Below are positions 15,435-15,836 of a stretch of DNA of 15,836 nt, one piece after another. The DNA is from a virus (lineage: Duplodnaviria; Heunggongvirae; Uroviricota; Caudoviricetes). The DNA is taken from IMG/VR virus record IMGVR_UViG_2645727970_000008; one strand, 5' to 3'. The position numbers were made by a program, and so were the translations under genes. The stretch's first letter is position 1. Each line of letters starts with the position of its first letter. The notes beneath the pieces were generated by a model. The model did not search any database. It saw only the letters and a list, made by a program, of their open reading frames with translations, and was not told the DNA's origin.

Positions 15435-15456
15435 ACCGCCCTTTCGGGCGGCCTCC
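15435..15456 (-). repeat. Copy 1 of conserved leader hairpin (GGAGG-CCGCCC-GAAA-GGGCGG-T), 6 nt upstream of the ATG at 15429
   Basis: Identical 22-nt block to 14371-14392. Confidence 0.8.
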
Positions 15457-15461
15457 CGACA

Positions 15462-15674
15462 TTAATCGTTGTGGTAACTCATGGCTTCATTTGCAGCATC
15501 AACCGGATCAACCTCCCACCAGCAATAATTTGGTGCGTTTCCTTCAGGTGTCCACGGTTCCAATTCATTTTTTGCCACATTCTCGTCGCCAGTAATTTTA
15601 AAAATCTGCTCAGAGAATTTTTTCACCCACTCGTTATATTTTTCAGTGTTAATAATTTTCTGTGTATTTGACAT
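15462..15674 (-). CDS. Small acidic hypothetical protein (70 aa)
   Basis: ATG with GGAGGT Shine-Dalgarno at about 8-nt spacing, supplied by the conserved intergenic block. Confidence 0.6.
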   Translation of the reverse strand: MSNTQKIINTEKYNEWVKKFSEQIFKITGDENVAKNELEPWTPEGNAPNYCWWEVDPVDAANEAMSYHND

Positions 15675-15681
15675 AGATATA

Positions 15682-15732
15682 CCTCCAGTTAAGGATTAAA
15701 TTTTATTTACAGTGCTGAACTTAATTATTCAG
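15682..15732 (-). repeat. Copy 1 of the approximately 50-nt conserved intergenic block; carries the stop of an IS1-interrupted upstream gene and the SD of the 70-aa ORF
   Basis: See copy 2 for the alignment. Confidence 0.8.
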
Positions 15733-15739
15733 ATTTGGA

Positions 15740-15836
15740 GGTAATGACTCCAACTTATTGATAGTGTTTTATGTTCAGATAATGCCCGATGACTTTGTCA
15801 TGCAGCTCCACCGATTTTGAGAACGACAGCGACTTC
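15740..15836 (-). mobile_element. IS1: IS1 insertion sequence, partial (right inverted-repeat end; the element continues beyond the window)
   Basis: Plus strand from 15740 reads GGTAATGACTCCAACTTATTGATAGTGTTTTATGTTCAGATAATGCCCGATGACTTTGTCATGCAGCTCCACCGATTTTGAGAACGACAGCGACTTC, which is the reverse complement of the IS1 right end as recalled. Confidence 0.9.
15755..15836 (-). CDS. insB: IS1 transposase InsB, 3' end only (partial)
   Basis: Minus-strand translation ends ...SLSFSKSVELHDKVIGHYLNIKHYQ with its stop at 15755-15757, matching the InsB C-terminus as recalled. Confidence 0.8.
   Translation of the reverse strand, partial: KSLSFSKSVELHDKVIGHYLNIKHYQ

Noticed and set aside
15137-15671. 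Plus-strand ORFs of 152 and 66 aa
   Set aside because: Antisense to three minus-strand genes that have strong RBSs and translational coupling.
1-15836. CRISPR array or cas genes
   Set aside because: No regularly spaced direct repeats with unique spacers were seen; the only repeats are the two-copy intergenic modules described above.

Overview
This window reads as the late region of a lambdoid, Stx-phage-like prophage (phage 21 / 933W architecture, probably Escherichia or Shigella), with almost all genes on the minus strand. All identifications are by eye and from recalled family sequences; no search was run. In transcription order (high to low coordinates): a partial IS1 at the right edge, an operon of tightly packed small genes with a duplicated intergenic module, a hok-type toxin locus, a Rem-like ORF, a DUF968/HNH protein, RusA, a Q-like antiterminator with a tR'-type terminator, an orphan DPPY DNA methyltransferase, three tRNA genes, an AT-rich cargo region where stx would sit (no Stx A/B ORFs present), a NanS-p-type esterase, the S21/R21/Rz/Rz1 lysis cassette, two opposite-strand morons, an intact cos site, Nu1 and the 5' part of the large terminase. 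The most interesting candidates are an outer-membrane-type lipoprotein made almost entirely of a TonB C-terminal domain, the uncharacterised cargo at the stx-equivalent locus, and the small-gene operon with two very acidic coupled proteins and repeated SD-hairpin-ATG leaders.
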